64,000 bases of DNA from the human T2T-CHM13v2.0 reference genome, Homo sapiens (GCF_009914755.1 NC_060936.1); one strand, 5' to 3'. Positions 37,946 through 52,934 are shown, counted from the first letter of the stretch. The notes: generated from the sequence alone by a model not told the origin. Numbers and translations: made by a program.

Positions 37946-39407
37946 AGGAAGCCCAACTTTATGATGGCATTAGGATTCATATCCACATTACCTTGCCTAC
38001 CAAGCTTATACTCTTAATCATGTGCAATCATGCAAATTAAGTAAACAATTTAAAAGTATTTGTATTGACTATAAACAATGCACAAAATCATTTTGCAAAG
38101 GCCTTTAGTAGGTCCATGAAAAAAATGTTTATTTGAAGAATATTTTCTGTCAAAAAACAGAAAGAAACATGTTTTCTTTCTTCCTTCATTCATTCAACAA
38201 ACATGTACCAGTGTCTGTTTATACCAGGCACTGTGTTAGGCATCAGGGTGACAGTAGTGAACAAAAGAGACAAAATTGAGGGGAAACAAGGGAACTGAGA
38301 TAATAGTCATTTTAATCATGAATACACATTAGATTTATTGGGAACAATAGGCAGAAATAGCCAACAAGAAATAATCATATACAGGGAATGACATTCTCTG
38401 GGCTGGACTGTCTGGCATGAGTATTATTTAGTTCTTTTTTCCATCTCCTCTCCTTTTTCCTTTGTTTTAGTTATGATAGAGGAAATCACGCTATCGAAAA
38501 ACATTTCATATGGACATTTGTTAACATTTCAAATAATGCTTTGGGTGGTAGAAGTAATTGAATTCCCTTCCTAATAACATTATGACCAAGAGTATTTTAC
38601 AAGCATGGATATGGTAAAGAGGTATGCAGACCTCTGAGCTTGGAATAAAAACCTGGAATAATAGATCCTTACAAAACAAAAGTTGTCAAAGTCTGTTATG
38701 AAAACCCAGGATCTTGACTGGCATAAACATCTACTAAAAAGATAAAAGGATAGCATTTGTTACTGTCATTCAATTCCCTACATCACCTTTTAAAAATACA
38801 TTTGTACTTCCTGACTCTGCTATAATATACTAAAATGAAAAATATAGCCATTAAAAACTAAAATCAGAAGAGAAATCCCCTCCACCTCTCCCCTCATAAA
38901 AGCATAGAAGAACATTTGTTTGGATTTTGTTGTATGTTTGTGTAAATTTTATCTATGCTAAAATAGAATATGCCCTTGAGAACCAGAAAAATAATTTGGT
39001 TTTCCCTCAAATGGAAAGATAAGACTTTGTTGTCTTATCTTTCCATTTGAGCACTGGTTTTAAATCCTAACATTAAAAGCAATCAAAAAAGCTGTATGCT
39101 TTCTATTATGGGGCCATAATAAAATAATAAAATGTATTGCTAATTCCTATGTTCAGTTACTTTGTTCTGTTAGCACAGGTAACTTTCAAAATTCAGGGGA
39201 GGGGCAGAGCTAAGGGACACTTGCAGAGAGAATGTGCAAGGATCTCCCTGACCACACCTCCCTCCCCAGCCTCCTCCCAAGCATTCTCTACTGACTAAGA
39301 GTACTGAACTCTTAAATTCCTGAACTGACTCCCTCCTTATCCTTTCTCAGTCTGGTCTCTCCACTGAGAGTCCTTTCCTCACATCCTCCAATTCTTTGCC
39401 TGGCTAA

Positions 39408-39848
<441 letters not shown>

Positions 39849-41504
39849 TTTTCCCTGGTTTTTAATCATGCTGTATTGCAAATGTTTCCTTATCTATTCT
39901 TTCCTCCAGTAGACTCATTCATTGTTCCACAAATATTTCTTGAGCACCTGGTATTTGCCCAGCACTGTGCTAGGTGCTAGGAAGATAGGAATAAAAGAAA
40001 CTCCCTAATATAGTTCTTTGAAGATAGTAACACTTGATAATTATTTATGGAATGAATGAGTGAAATTAGGTCATTATATACACAGTGGAAGAAAGAACTA
40101 AGAGACATGAAAGTGATTCTGTTTTTCCATTTCTCCTATCTCTCACACCATACTGTGTTATGTAACACATTTCTAACACCCTTGTTTCCTTAAGTTTTTG
40201 TTCTCCTCCCTCTGGTTGTCTTTATTTTACTGCTGTCTTTATTGCAACAAGCAGGAGCTTTTGCATAGGATGAATTTTATTCTAATATCAGCATTGTTAC
40301 TTACTAGCTTTGTGACTCTTGGCTCTTTCCTTAACCTCTTCAATTTCCTGTCTGTAAAACAGAGATAACAAATACCTATAGAATAGAGTATCATGTGAAG
40401 ATTAAATGAGATTCACATTAAAGGGCTTAGTATAAAGACTGGCTCTTAAAGCACCTTTCCTTTCACTTGTCCCTCCCCTACTTCTACCTCTTATCCTTCC
40501 TGCAGAACATCATCAGGGCAGTAGTGGCTTGCAAGATGATTTCAATTGATAGGTGGAAGCACATTTTTTAAAACTGTGTAATCATTTTGATATATTATTG
40601 TTTTGATGTATATAAAATATATAACAGCCTTTGATTTTTATAGAAATATTTGCTTTGGATATGTAAAAAGTAAAAAAAAAAAGGAGGGTTAAGGTTCTAA
40701 AAATAGGATAAGGCAAAAAGAAAAAAACAACGTCCACAAGCTGTTATGTGTACATCACGAAGTCCACAAGCTGTTAAGTGTACTGTGATTGTCCTCACCA
40801 CGTTTGTGCTGATAAACTGACATGGAACACAGGTACACTATTCCTTTCTCAAATGTCACTTATATAGAAAAAAGTCCAGTCCTAAGACTGCAAAGATTCA
40901 GAGAGTCCAGCTGCGTGATCATGTCTTTAGCTTGCTTGGAATAGGATTAGTCTGTAATAGAATAAGAAGTCAGCCCCAGGTCCTTAGAAGTCACCTGTCC
41001 AGCTCTGCCCTTGATAAAGAACAAAGAATTGTTCATTTACGTTTATGAACAATTAATGCCCAAGTAGAACTTCCAAAATATTTTGTGTTCTTCACACTGT
41101 GTATCTCCATTTTCTGATCTATAAAATGGGTATAATAATAGAATCTATCTCATAAGATTGTTATGAAGGTCAAATGTTAACATAAAGGAAGTACTTAGAA
41201 ACATATAATGTAAAAGTTCCTACATATGTGTGAGCCGGAATTACCATTAATCTAGTTCAGACCAGCCTCCAGCTTGCCTCCTGTCCCAGCAGCCTCCAAA
41301 AAGTTATTTATCTCTTTACACCACCAATCTTCCAGCCTTTTGTTGCTTTGTGATAAAATCAGCCTGATAAAAAGTTTCCTTTCTCTGGACACTGGTATTC
41401 AGAAATATGGAAAGATCAGATATTCTTTTCAATGTCTCTATTTTTACAGACTTCTACCCAAAACTTAGATTTTCTATAGATTTATTTGTTAGAATTTAAG
41501 AAAT

Positions 41505-41554
<50 letters not shown>

Positions 41555-41556
41555 AC
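41505..41556. repeat. Compound (TC)n(AC)n microsatellite
   Basis: Directly visible. Confidence 0.97.
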
Positions 41557-42089
41557 TCTTCTTGTGTTGCACAGGAAAGAGTTCACCAATTTCAGCGACT
41601 TTTTAGGAGACTTGCTTGTAGTGGGAACAACAACAAAATACAACATAGGCTGATTTCTCCCACCCCCTGCTAGGCCCTGGAAATTGAGATCTATGTGTAG
41701 GATGCTCTCTTTACAACATAACACATTTTAGCCCTAATGATTATGTCACAGCTACCCAGAAGCAAACAAGGATGGCTGTAGGATAGCTAGAAATCGGGAA
41801 CAGGCCATCCACTGTTGAAGCTCTGGCCTCTTTCCGCTTCCTTTAAGGTGAGAAACTGCCTGCCCACCCGCCCCCGTCCGCACAACTAAGTGGATAACCA
41901 AGCAGTGGGTCCTTTAGCCTTGGAGGATGGGGCTCTGGGCTAGGGAGAGTCTGCGGGAAGTGCCTGCCAGGATGGGCTTATTGCTCTAGAGCCACTCCTA
42001 CTACCTTCACACTGTGCATTTAAGACCTCGGCATTTAATATCTCCCTGAGACAGGTAGAGATGCAGCTTTTACTCTGAGAAATAGACAA

Positions 42090-43260
42090 GCGCCAACCTG
42101 TCCCGGCCCTAGCCGGGAGATTCACAAGTGCTCAAGTTCACAAGTTTCACAAGTGCCCGCATCACTGCCTCCTGCACTCCTCTGCAAATGCCCTGGCACA
42201 CCCGCGACCACGTATCCCTGAGTTTCCTAGCTTAGTTCACCCCTTTTCCTCCAAGTCAGCAGCCCGGTGAGCATTCCAGGGTCAGTCCTGGTGCTCAAAG
42301 TAAGGGCAATCTTCCATCTCTGCCTGCTGGATCACAAAGAGGAGCTGGGAGATTCGCCGTTTTCCCCCACAACCGGCACCTGCCCTGGCCCAGAGCGCAG
42401 CGTCCACCTGTACCACCGCTAGATGAAGAGTACCTCACCGCGCGCTGCCTGGGCGCACAGCTGGTGTGCCGCGCTCGCCACCTCTCCTGGACTCAAGGGT
42501 GCTCCCGGCTTATGCTTCTCGGGGCTTCCCGGGTCCGGGTTCCCTCTCCCCCGTCTCACTTTCTTCCTTCATTCGCTCTTCTCTCAATTTTTCCTCCATC
42601 AGCTCTAACCTGTAATCAATTCCCGCCTTCTGCCCCTCCTCCCTAGGCTTCTCTTAGCTCGGTTGCCGCGACCCCACTATCCGTCCCCGTTCGCATTTCT
42701 GCACCGCCCTGCCCTTCACTCCAGCGCGCAGCAGGCCGGGCAATCCGACCGCGCGGTAAGCCGCCCTCGGAACCGCTGGCGCAGTTTTCAGACTCGCCCA
42801 CCGCCCAGAGACCAGGGGCCCACATCCAGCTCTGCTCTCGCCTTCTCCCTTGAAAGAGACTCCTTGGGGGCTCCCCAGGTCAGAGTACCCCGCCCGGGGA
42901 ATCATGCTGGTCTCTGGGGCGACCCAGCTATCAGAGACGACAGTTCTATTTTAAGCCTTCCACCCAGTGTCCCCGACCTGAGGACGCGGGCGCGGGTCCA
43001 GGGACTCGGGTAACACCTTGCCAGCAGGATCCCGGGCGGTCGCGGAGCCAGCTCCCGCGGGGGAAGTCGGGCCTCTCAGCCAGGCAGGCGGCGCGGCCAC
43101 GGAACGCAGTCCCAATACAACCAACTCGAAATCCAACAGCCCAGGGAATCCCAGTGCGGGAGGCGGAGGTGCCCCATACCCCAGCCCTCCTGGAATAGGC
43201 TACCTTGGCACAACCGCTTCTCCTTGAAAAGAAGTCACACATGAGCCCGCCCAATCAGTC
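42090..43260. promoter_or_regulatory. CpG island / distal SLC38A4 promoter region
   Basis: About 1.2 kb of GC-rich, CpG-dense non-repeat sequence. GC box at ~41866-41876; CCGCCCAAT (GC box plus CCAAT) at ~43247-43255. Confidence 0.88.
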
Positions 43261-43551
43261 TCTTCCCTCCATGTGCCCTAGTTTACGTTATTTCTAGTCA
43301 ACCGAATCATTAGCCTGCAATAACCCACCCAAAGCGTGAATGTTTGGAAAATAATAAGAATTAGGAACTATGAGCATGTCATGAAGAGCCCCAGACATAA
43401 GCCCCAGATGATTGAGAGACCGGGCTACACACGTGTGGATGTCCCCCGTGCATACACACAAGCACCCATCCGATAGGCTGGGATCCAGCTGCAAGTTTGG
43501 ACACTGACAAGTCTCAAGTCTAACAGGAAATACAAAAAAAAATTCACTCAC

Positions 43552-43650
43552 CCGCCTCTTTTACTACCCTTTCCAGACTGGGATTCAGGGAAAGTATCAG
43601 AAAGGGATGGATGGAGAGACCCTTCTTTCTTTTCTTTTCGCCTTTCTAAA
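43552..43650 (-). other. SLC38A4: Probable alternative distal non-coding first exon of SLC38A4; 5' end approximate
   Basis: Consensus donor CGG|GTGAGT (GT at 43551-43550) at the edge of the CpG island, in gene orientation. CpG-rich sequence and a CCAAT at ~43731 lie upstream. Confidence 0.6.
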
Positions 43651-45192
43651 GAGTGGAAATTTCCATCATGTGATAGGGGCAACATCCCCAGTGTCGCGTT
43701 TCCTGCGGACCCTCCCTTCCAGGCCAGCCACCAATCGTCAGGCGGCAACCTGAGAAGTAGACCAAAGCATCCTCCCAGGTGGGGCTGAGATGTCCAGCTG
43801 TCCTTCAGGAGTGAAGCCTGGAAGCCCGGTCCCTGCTCCCTCTTTCCTGGGTCCGGGATAACCGAGAAGATCCTGGTGTGGCTTTATTTTTCGACGGTTA
43901 GATTTCTTCCATGAGTCAAGGTTGCATTTATTGGATCTGTCCTATAAGCTGAAGTACATGTGGATCTTTATTTTAAAGTCTGTAAAAGAGTGTTCAGGGT
44001 AGGTGACTCACTAAATTTCCTCCTGGTATGGAGGTGACAAACGTGAACTTTACATAAAGAAAAAGAAACATTTGAGGAAGGAGTACAAATGAAAAACCTG
44101 TTATTCACAGTAAACGTCACTTTATGCTTGAAAGAAATGGGATAACTTGCTAGTACTTAAGAGTGGGTCTTTGGTGATAATTTTTTTTTCTAGAATTCCA
44201 GTTTAAGCACAATCCTCAGTACATATGAAGAAGGAATTAGGCTATAATAATAAATAGCATTCGAACGTTAATTCTATTTGTTAAAGTTACAACCTACCAT
44301 TGTAAGGAAAATTATTTACGTTGAAACTATTCTCTAGTATTAAACAAAATTCTTGTTTCGAAGAAGGCCTGTGTAACAAATATGTTCACAATCCCCCATT
44401 TATTTAGTAGTGAGTTGTCATTCTTTAGGGAAAGAAAACTATCCTATGGAGACGTTGAACCCATAGTGTAACTAACTCTCCAGGCAACACAATTTACCTT
44501 TTGTATTCTCACACATCCAGTTTAACTTTATTCAGAATGGCAAGTTTCACTGCCTGTCCATACTGTCCACCTAGAACCTTCTCGTTTTATAGCTCCCAAT
44601 AACTAAAACCAGCAACAGCTTAGTGCTTTAAAAAAATAAGATAACAGCAGAAACTCACCTGGATAATGCATAATAATCAGAAACACTAAGAACACAGGAT
44701 TAATGCACACACACATACACATCAAACTGTACTAGGACAATCTGACAATACAGATTCAATAGAAGGATGATGTAACACATTTTCACTGGAGCTACAATTT
44801 TAGAACCTAAAAAAAATTATATAAAAATGTTTGTTTTGTAAAAACTGATTTTCTTCTGAGCCCCCAAGCAAATACGGTAAACCTCTCTATCATAGCAAGA
44901 AGTTTACATTTTGTGGAATTAGACTGTATCAGAATAGTTTTGAATTCCCTATAAGCTTGTTGAAACTAGATTCTCTACACATTATCACACTTCTCCATTG
45001 ATTCTTACTTTATAAATATAAACATCTTTTATAAAGCTACTAAAATGTCAAAATTGGTAGGATTTGGAGAGAATTAGTGAGATCAAGGTAGATACACATT
45101 TCTCTTTTCCTAACCTGCGATTTAGTAAAAGCAAAACTCAGGTTTATAAAACAAAAAGCCATTCCAGAGAAGGAAGACTCAAATGAAGGTAA

Positions 45193-45563
<371 letters not shown>

Positions 45564-46483
45564 GCAACTGCTCAACTTTTAAAGGGACTGCTTATTTAAT
45601 CAGTTCTTGACATCATATCTTAGCTAGTACAGAAGAGATCAAAAGCAGTGGTTCATGGTCTAATGTAATAGAGAACTATGAGTTATGCATTTATATGTGC
45701 TAGTAATATTAATCAGGTTGTGGGTTGAGGTTAAATGAGTCTTGTATTCATCTATAAAACAATAAAATTATGGCTATTATACATCAGTAGAGTCTGAGAA
45801 GATCTAACGCAATGCCTAGGTAGGATAAGACAACTGACAACTCTTTATTTTCTGTGTTACAATAAAAAGTTTGAACCATTAATGGCCACATTGAATCTGC
45901 TCACCAATCCTCAAGGGTTTCTTTTAAACTAGTGTTTGAAAGGATGGGAAGCAATTCTAACTAATGACATGAGTATTCCTGAAGGCCACATTGTGAAACA
46001 CATTTTGGTTTCTCCTCAGATCATTCACTGGCTGTAGAGTACATAGCTTGATTTAGAATCCCAGAGTCACCACCTACTAGCTATGGAAACTTGGACAAGT
46101 CTCTTTAGCTCTTAGTGGCTCAGTTTGTCATCTGAAAAATACAGAATGTTTCCTGATACATTGCTTTCCTGGCTTAAGTCAAGTTCAGACAGTACTACAA
46201 ACACACTTAGTGATGGAGAAAAACAGAAGTTTACAGAACAGTTAGAATTTACTCATCATTTTGATAAAGCTGAATTGATTGGAACACTCTAAAATTATTT
46301 TAACACTCTGGTTTTAGGAGTGGTCATTGGTTTTGTTGTGGTTGCTTTTGTTTTAAGAAAAATCTATATTTAAAAATTTATGAAATATATTTTTCAGAAC
46401 TGAAGCTAATGCTTGTAGACAGAGTTCTATGCTGCAACAAGTTTAAAATAACACTGTTACAATTATCGTGATTCCTCAAAGGT

Positions 46484-48465
46484 TTTATTTTTTAAATAGA
46501 TGTACATATTATCTGAAGCACATGTGATAATTTAATACATTCATATAATTTGTAAAGATCAAATCAGTGTAATTGGGCTATTACCTTAAATATTTATCTT
46601 TTCTTTATACTAGAAACATTAAAATTATTCTCTTCTAGCTATTTTGAAATATACAATCAATTATTATTGTTAACTATAGTCATCCTACTAATCTATTACA
46701 TGCTAGGGCTTATTCTTTCTATCTAACTGCACTTTTGTACCCACCAATCTTCTCTTTATTTTTATGAGATCCACTTTTTTAGCTCCCATATGTCACTGAG
46801 AAAATGCAATATTTGTCTCTCTGTGTATGGCTTATTTTAGTTAGTGTAATGACCTCCAGTTTTATCCACGTTACTGCAAATGACAGGATTTCATTCTTTT
46901 TTCAGCTGAATAATATTCCCTTGTATATATATATCACATTTTCTTTATCCATTCTTCCATTGATGGACACCTAGATTGATTCCATATTTTGGCAATTTTG
47001 AGTATTACCACAAAAAACATGGAAGTTTAGATATACCTTCAATATATTGATTTCCTTCCTTTTGGATATATACCCAGAAGTGGAGCTGTTGGATTATATA
47101 GTAGTTCTATTGTTAGTTTTTTGAGAACCTCCATACAGTTATCCATAATGGCTATACTAGTTTATATTTCCACCAACAGTGCATGAGGGTTCCTCTTTCT
47201 CCACTTCCTTGCCAGCATCTGTTACTTCCTATCTTTTTGATAAAAGCCATTTTAACTAGGGTGAGATGACATAGTTTTTTTTAAAAAAAATTAAATGTAA
47301 TTATGTATGTTTTTCTAACTTATATTTTAAGTTCAGGGGTACATGTGCAGGATGTGCAGGTTTGTTACATTGGTAAACGTGTGTCATGGGGGTTTCTTGT
47401 ATAAATTACTTCATCACCCAGGTATTAAGCCTAGTACCCATTAGTTATTTTTCCTGATTCTCTCCCTCATTCCACCCTTCACCCTCTGATAGGCCCCTGT
47501 GTGTTGTTCTCCTCTATATGACCATGTGTTTTCACCATTTAGCTCCCACTTATAAGTTAGAACTTGCAGTATTTGGTTTTCTGTTCCTGCATTGGTTTGC
47601 TAAGGCTAATGGCTGCCAGCTCCATCCATGTCACTGCAAAGGACATGATCTCATTCTTTTTTATGGCTGCATGGTGCTTATTGTCATTTTGATTTGTATT
47701 TCTCTGATGGTTGGTGATATTGAGCATTTTTTCATATGCCTGTTGGCCATTTGTATGTCTTCTTTTGAAAATTTTCTATTCACACCCTTTGCTAATTTTT
47801 TTAATTTTAGGTTTTTTTTTCTTTTTGCTATTGAGTTATTTGAGCTTCTTGTATATTCTGGTTATTAATTCCTTGTCAGAAGGATAGTTTGCAAATATTC
47901 TCCCATTCTGTGAGTTTTATCTTCCCTTTGTTGATTTGTTGTTGTTGTTTGCCATGCAGAAGCTTTTTAGCATGATATAATCCCACTTGTCTGTTTTGGC
48001 TTTTGTTGCCTGTGCTTTTTAGGTCTTGCACAAAAACTCTTTGTCCAGAACCATGTCTTGGAGAATTTCCCCCAATGTTTTCTTCTAGTAGTTTCATAGT
48101 TTCAGGCCTTAGATTTAAGTCTTTAATCCATTTTGATTTGATTTTTGTGTATGATGAGAGATTGGGGTCTAGTTTCCTTCTTCTGCATATATATGTCCAG
48201 TTTTCCCAGCACCATTTCTTGAAGACTGTCCCTTCCCCAGTGTATGCTCTTGGTGCCTTTGTCGAGAACATGTTGGCTGTAAATGTGTAGATTTATTTCT
48301 GGGTTCTCTATTATGTTCCATTGGTCTATATGTCTATTTTTATGCCAGTACTATGCAGATTTGGTTACTATAGCTTTGTAGTATATTTTGAAATCAGGTA
48401 TTGTGATACCTCTGGCTTTGTACTTTTCAATCAGGATTGCTTTGGCTTTTTGGGGTGTTTTGTTC
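46484..48465 (-). mobile_element. L1MA element, 3' part, interrupted by a younger L1
   Basis: Reverse L1MA 3'UTR. ORF2-like fragment KWCWENW...[35 protein letters not shown] at 47876-48271. Confidence 0.92.
47310..47672 (-). mobile_element. Nested L1PA/L1PB 3' fragment
   Basis: TTTTAAGTTCAGGGGTACATGTGCAGGATGTGCAGGTTTGTTACAT... splits the host L1MA between GAGATGAC and CTTATTGT. Confidence 0.88.
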
Positions 48466-48829
48466 TTTGAGGTTTTTAATTAGTCAAAAACTCGATGACA
48501 CTCTTAAGTTGGGATAGAGCATGCAGTATTTCTCTATGATCATGATTTGTGAAGGAATATCTCACAGGTTTAATGATCCAGAGAACCATTAATAGACTAA
48601 TATAAACATATGCCTTAGGAAGGACATAGAACATAATTATTATTTAAACACCATATAATAGTGCTACGAAGTTCATTTGTTTATGGATTATCATCGTGAA
48701 GTCTGATTGCAGTGATTTTAGTAGGCTTTTATATAATTAATGTTTTATTTGACAGTAGAGTTTTAACATGAGTTATTTTTCAATGAATAGTTATCATAAT
48801 TAGTAAAGTGGCTTTAGGTTTCAAAGTAT

Positions 48830-49010
48830 CTTCACATGTGTTATGCTACTTTATACCAAAACAATCCTGTCATGTAGGTATTTTTATTTTCCCCTTTCAA
48901 TGGGAGAGGAAATTGGGTTCAGAGAGGTTAAGTGACTTTTCCAAAGACATGGGGCCAATAAATGACAAAACTAAAGTATGAACTAGGTTTTCTGGCTCTA
49001 AATTCAACAT
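48830..49010 (-). mobile_element. MIR SINE
   Basis: GAGGAAATTGGGTTCAGAGAGGTTAAGTGACTTTTCCAAAG. Confidence 0.78.
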
Positions 49011-52000
49011 CCCTCCTTCCACAGCTCACTTCCCTTTTCTTCTGAGCATTTTCTTTACTAATACTCATTATTGCTTTTCTGTCTACAGTGGAGCCAACCC
49101 CAAATGGCATGTTTAGCCATAAAATTATGATTTTAAAAATAAATTTCTATAAAGTAATCTTTTGCTTTGTCATAACTGCAGGAACCTCTGTAAGTCTTCT
49201 AATGATAGTAAAATGTTTTTATTTTGTATGAATTTGGATTTGATTTATGTTGAAACCTTAGTTCAAGAGAGGTGACTAATTGATCCTTATACTTGGGTGG
49301 TCTTTATATCCTACAATTGCTCCAATTCTGGGTATTTGCTTCCCTTATTCCTTGGTTGCCAGAATTAAACTCCACCTTCCTCTTATTTGCCTTCTGAAGA
49401 GATAGAGAATATTAATCTATTTTCTAATTTTCACAAGGCTAAATCTAAAATGAAACAAAACTTGCAAAGTTGTACAGAAACATTCAACTTTTCATCTTCA
49501 AATGCAGGTGTCATGAAAGGGGTCAGAATTAGGTGCTCATTTTCATTCCCCTCCAGTGTTTGGTTGTTCAATGCTGCAGTGTTGTTTCTATTATGTCTCA
49601 TCATGTAATCAGTTGTTTGCATGGTTCCTCTTGATCCTGCAAGTCCTGTAGATGCTTTGTCAGAATATTTTTGCTGAATAAATCAGTGAATGGATGGATG
49701 GATAAATCAATTCAAGCTTTTCTACTTTTCAGAAGTTTTGCTGAGTAAATAATTTTATTAAAGGTGAGAATATAATTGTATCAAACAAAACATTTTTGAT
49801 TGAAATACTACTATGAAAAACACTTTGCAATGTAGGGGTTCTAAAATTACAACCTAATTTGATGAGGGGCCTTACCTTACTTTGGTCTGGAAGAGAGAAA
49901 CCTTCCTAACCTATGTGATACATTGGAGGATTTGAATCTGACTGGAGTCATCTTCTGTGCCTCTTCATGCAACAGCCACTGACCAGGAGCCATTCTGCCT
50001 CCTACTCCCCTTTGGGGACCAGTGCTCTTCCAGCCCCTTCTCTGATGAGACTTTCAGAAAGGTGAAAGGTCTGGACCTGGCCCTTGTCTCTCATTGCCGT
50101 CCTGCCTGATCAGCCCACAAAGGCAGGACTCTACATAATGACAAGTTCTGAAGAGTGAAACACATGTCAGGGGTATTCCAGAATAGAAAAGTAAACTTGA
50201 AATTCTGGCTAATTTGGCTTCATAAAGGAAGGCCCTGGCACAAACACCTTCTCAAGGAATTTGTGCCTCTCAGACACTGACCTACCTTGAGATGTCTCTC
50301 CCTCTGGGCTCGGCCTGCCCATAGGTAGACCCCTATTCAAGTCTGGTGACCCCATCTCCTCCCTTGGAAAACCAGGGGCTGTCCACATTTATTCATCCTC
50401 TGATACAACAGTTATTTATTGGGTACCTCCTAAAGGCTAGATGCTAGGAACAGAATAGTGAGCAAAACCAGGCACAATCCCCATCTTTGTGGAGTTTATA
50501 ATTTGGTAGAAGCAAGTATTCTAATCAAAAAGTGACAGGAATAAACATAGGATGACAAAACTGCAGGGATGAAAAGATACACTGGGTCTGGGGAGAGACT
50601 TCACTGAGGAAATGACTCAAAGATGAATACGAGAAAATGTTTGTTTCTTAAAGACGATTGCAACTCAGCATATTTATATGCTGTAGGATGCCCAAGCCTG
50701 CAGTTGAAGCAGGTTATGAGCTGGTGCTCCTGAGATGGTGGGAGGAGGGGGATTCATCTCAGTGGAGCAGTTGCCTTAGGTAGCAAAACGGACACCTGAC
50801 CTCCTCAGCTGTTCTCTACTCATTTTCTTCAGAGCCAGATAAGCTCTAGTCTCCAAAACGGGATAAATGTGGAACTAAAATTCCAATTCTGTCTCCCCAC
50901 CATAGGCTGGTCTATGTGACTAGGTTTCCTGTGAATCCATATACCTCTCAAAGACATGCATTACTTTTCTAGAGATAGCCAGGGTTACTTTTATTATCCT
51001 GGCCCTTTCTTAATAGCTGAAAATCTCATCCACCCCCCAATGCAGTGCTTTTGTCTTTGCCCTGCCCTAGGTCAGCCACATGGCTCTAAACATCAGAGTA
51101 CACTACTTGTCCGTGGTTGCTCCCTTTGCTATCTGGAAGAAATGATCCAGCTCGGTGGAATCTTTTTGATATCAGATCCTCCACTGATGAGCAAGATGGG
51201 GCATAAAGGAATTTGTTAATTCAACTTGCCACAAAGAGTTCAGAAAAAAAAAAGTCTGGCCCTTATAATAAACCAGACTGTGAACTGGAAAAACCTGGGT
51301 GAGTCAGAAGGAATGAGCCCCTGATACAAGGCCAGAGTACCTCCACTTTAAGGAGGATTTGGTACTTGATGTCAAGAGAGGTTCCTTTAACCCTTAGACA
51401 CATGAACAAACAGAAAAGTGGGAAAGTCAATATGTAACTGAGATTTACACGCAGTCCTACATTTGTTCTTCAGTTTGTGTTGACATATTGCAGCATGTAG
51501 TATGTTAGGAAAGATGTGTTGCAAGATCCTGCAATATTTAATGTGTAAAGAACAAAGTCACACCTTAATTCTAGGTTCTGATTTTGCGTTTTTTAATGCA
51601 ACCAGTTTTCATGCTACCAGTATAATTAGTATCATCAAGGGTAAATCTCACCAGACAAACTCAACCATCCCTTTTTAAAGGTATGAGCTAGTATATGAGT
51701 TTGTCTAGATGATCATGGCATTTGATATCCGAATATAAATTCCAAACATCCTCATCAAATAAGGTCTTCTGCTCATCAACCCATTATTCTGTTACCCTTG
51801 CTGTCAATTTAAAATTATCCCACCAGGGAGAGTCCCTACCCTTTACCGAAGCACAACCTTCTTTAGGTTGGCGATAAACAGAAGAGTAAGTTGGATGGAG
51901 GGTGACTTTGGCACACTGTCCAACCTTCTCCTTTAAGTGTCTTTCCTTTTCCTATTGTCCCTTGATGCCTGTCCACTGCTCTATTTCCTATTTCTTGCAG

Positions 52001-52934
52001 GGCAAAAATGTTAATTCTACCAAGTATGAAAGCAAATTCTCTACTCTTCCTCTGGGTGTGGTGTCTCAATCTCTAGATACTCCATCAAAATTTAATGTCC
52101 TCTCATTTTATCAGCAGCTTGTTCTTACTTAGATGTCAGCAGACTGAATATCTAGGGGAAGCAAGCATTTAGGCACTACCAAAACCAAAACCCACAGGGA
52201 GTTACCTCTTCTGCGTGCCTCCAGAGCAAGCCCTGCAAAGACCTATATTATGGGCAGCCTAGGAGATGTCCTGATATGAGACAGGCTCACCCTTTCCAGA
52301 GCTGACCTAGAAAAAATATGACCATTTGACATCTGTCTAATATGTCTTCAGCTTTCTCTTGCCCCATTGACAGATGGCATCCCAGGGTTCTTATGTTCTC
52401 ATTCTTCTTTAATTCTCTATTAAAACCTGTTCAGAGAAAAAGGCCTGATAAGCCCACTGGATTAAGATGTGAGAATAAAGCTACTATCTTCTGCTTATTA
52501 AGCCACAATTTTTTGAACACTTACATGCTGGATAATGTTAAGATACAGAGACAAATTTGACGCTCTCTATTCTTAACAGTGTAGTCTGGTGGAGGGGCGT
52601 GTTATGTAAAAAGAAGAATTCTACATGAAAGTAATTGTGGGGATGGCAGGGAACAGTGCTAAGAAGTATGTACAAAGGAATGTAGAACTAAGTAGCCTCA
52701 TGGTTCCAACTGAGACATTGTTGGAACATACCTAAACACCCTCCCAAAAACAACGTGGTTGTGTTTAACATCAATTATTACTATTCTTTGGTATTTGAAG
52801 GGTTCCTCTTTCCCAAGAATGTTTGCATATTAACAGAATAATAAAATAACCTTCAGGTCAAAGGGATGAATCTCAGGTACCAGGAAGGAATATGAATATC
52901 CTTTTAGTCTCTAATGGCTGACAGAGCAATCACA

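Noticed and set aside
42423-43254. Cluster of Pro/Arg/Gly-rich ORFs on both strands
   Set aside because: Typical CpG-island artefact with no domain similarity.
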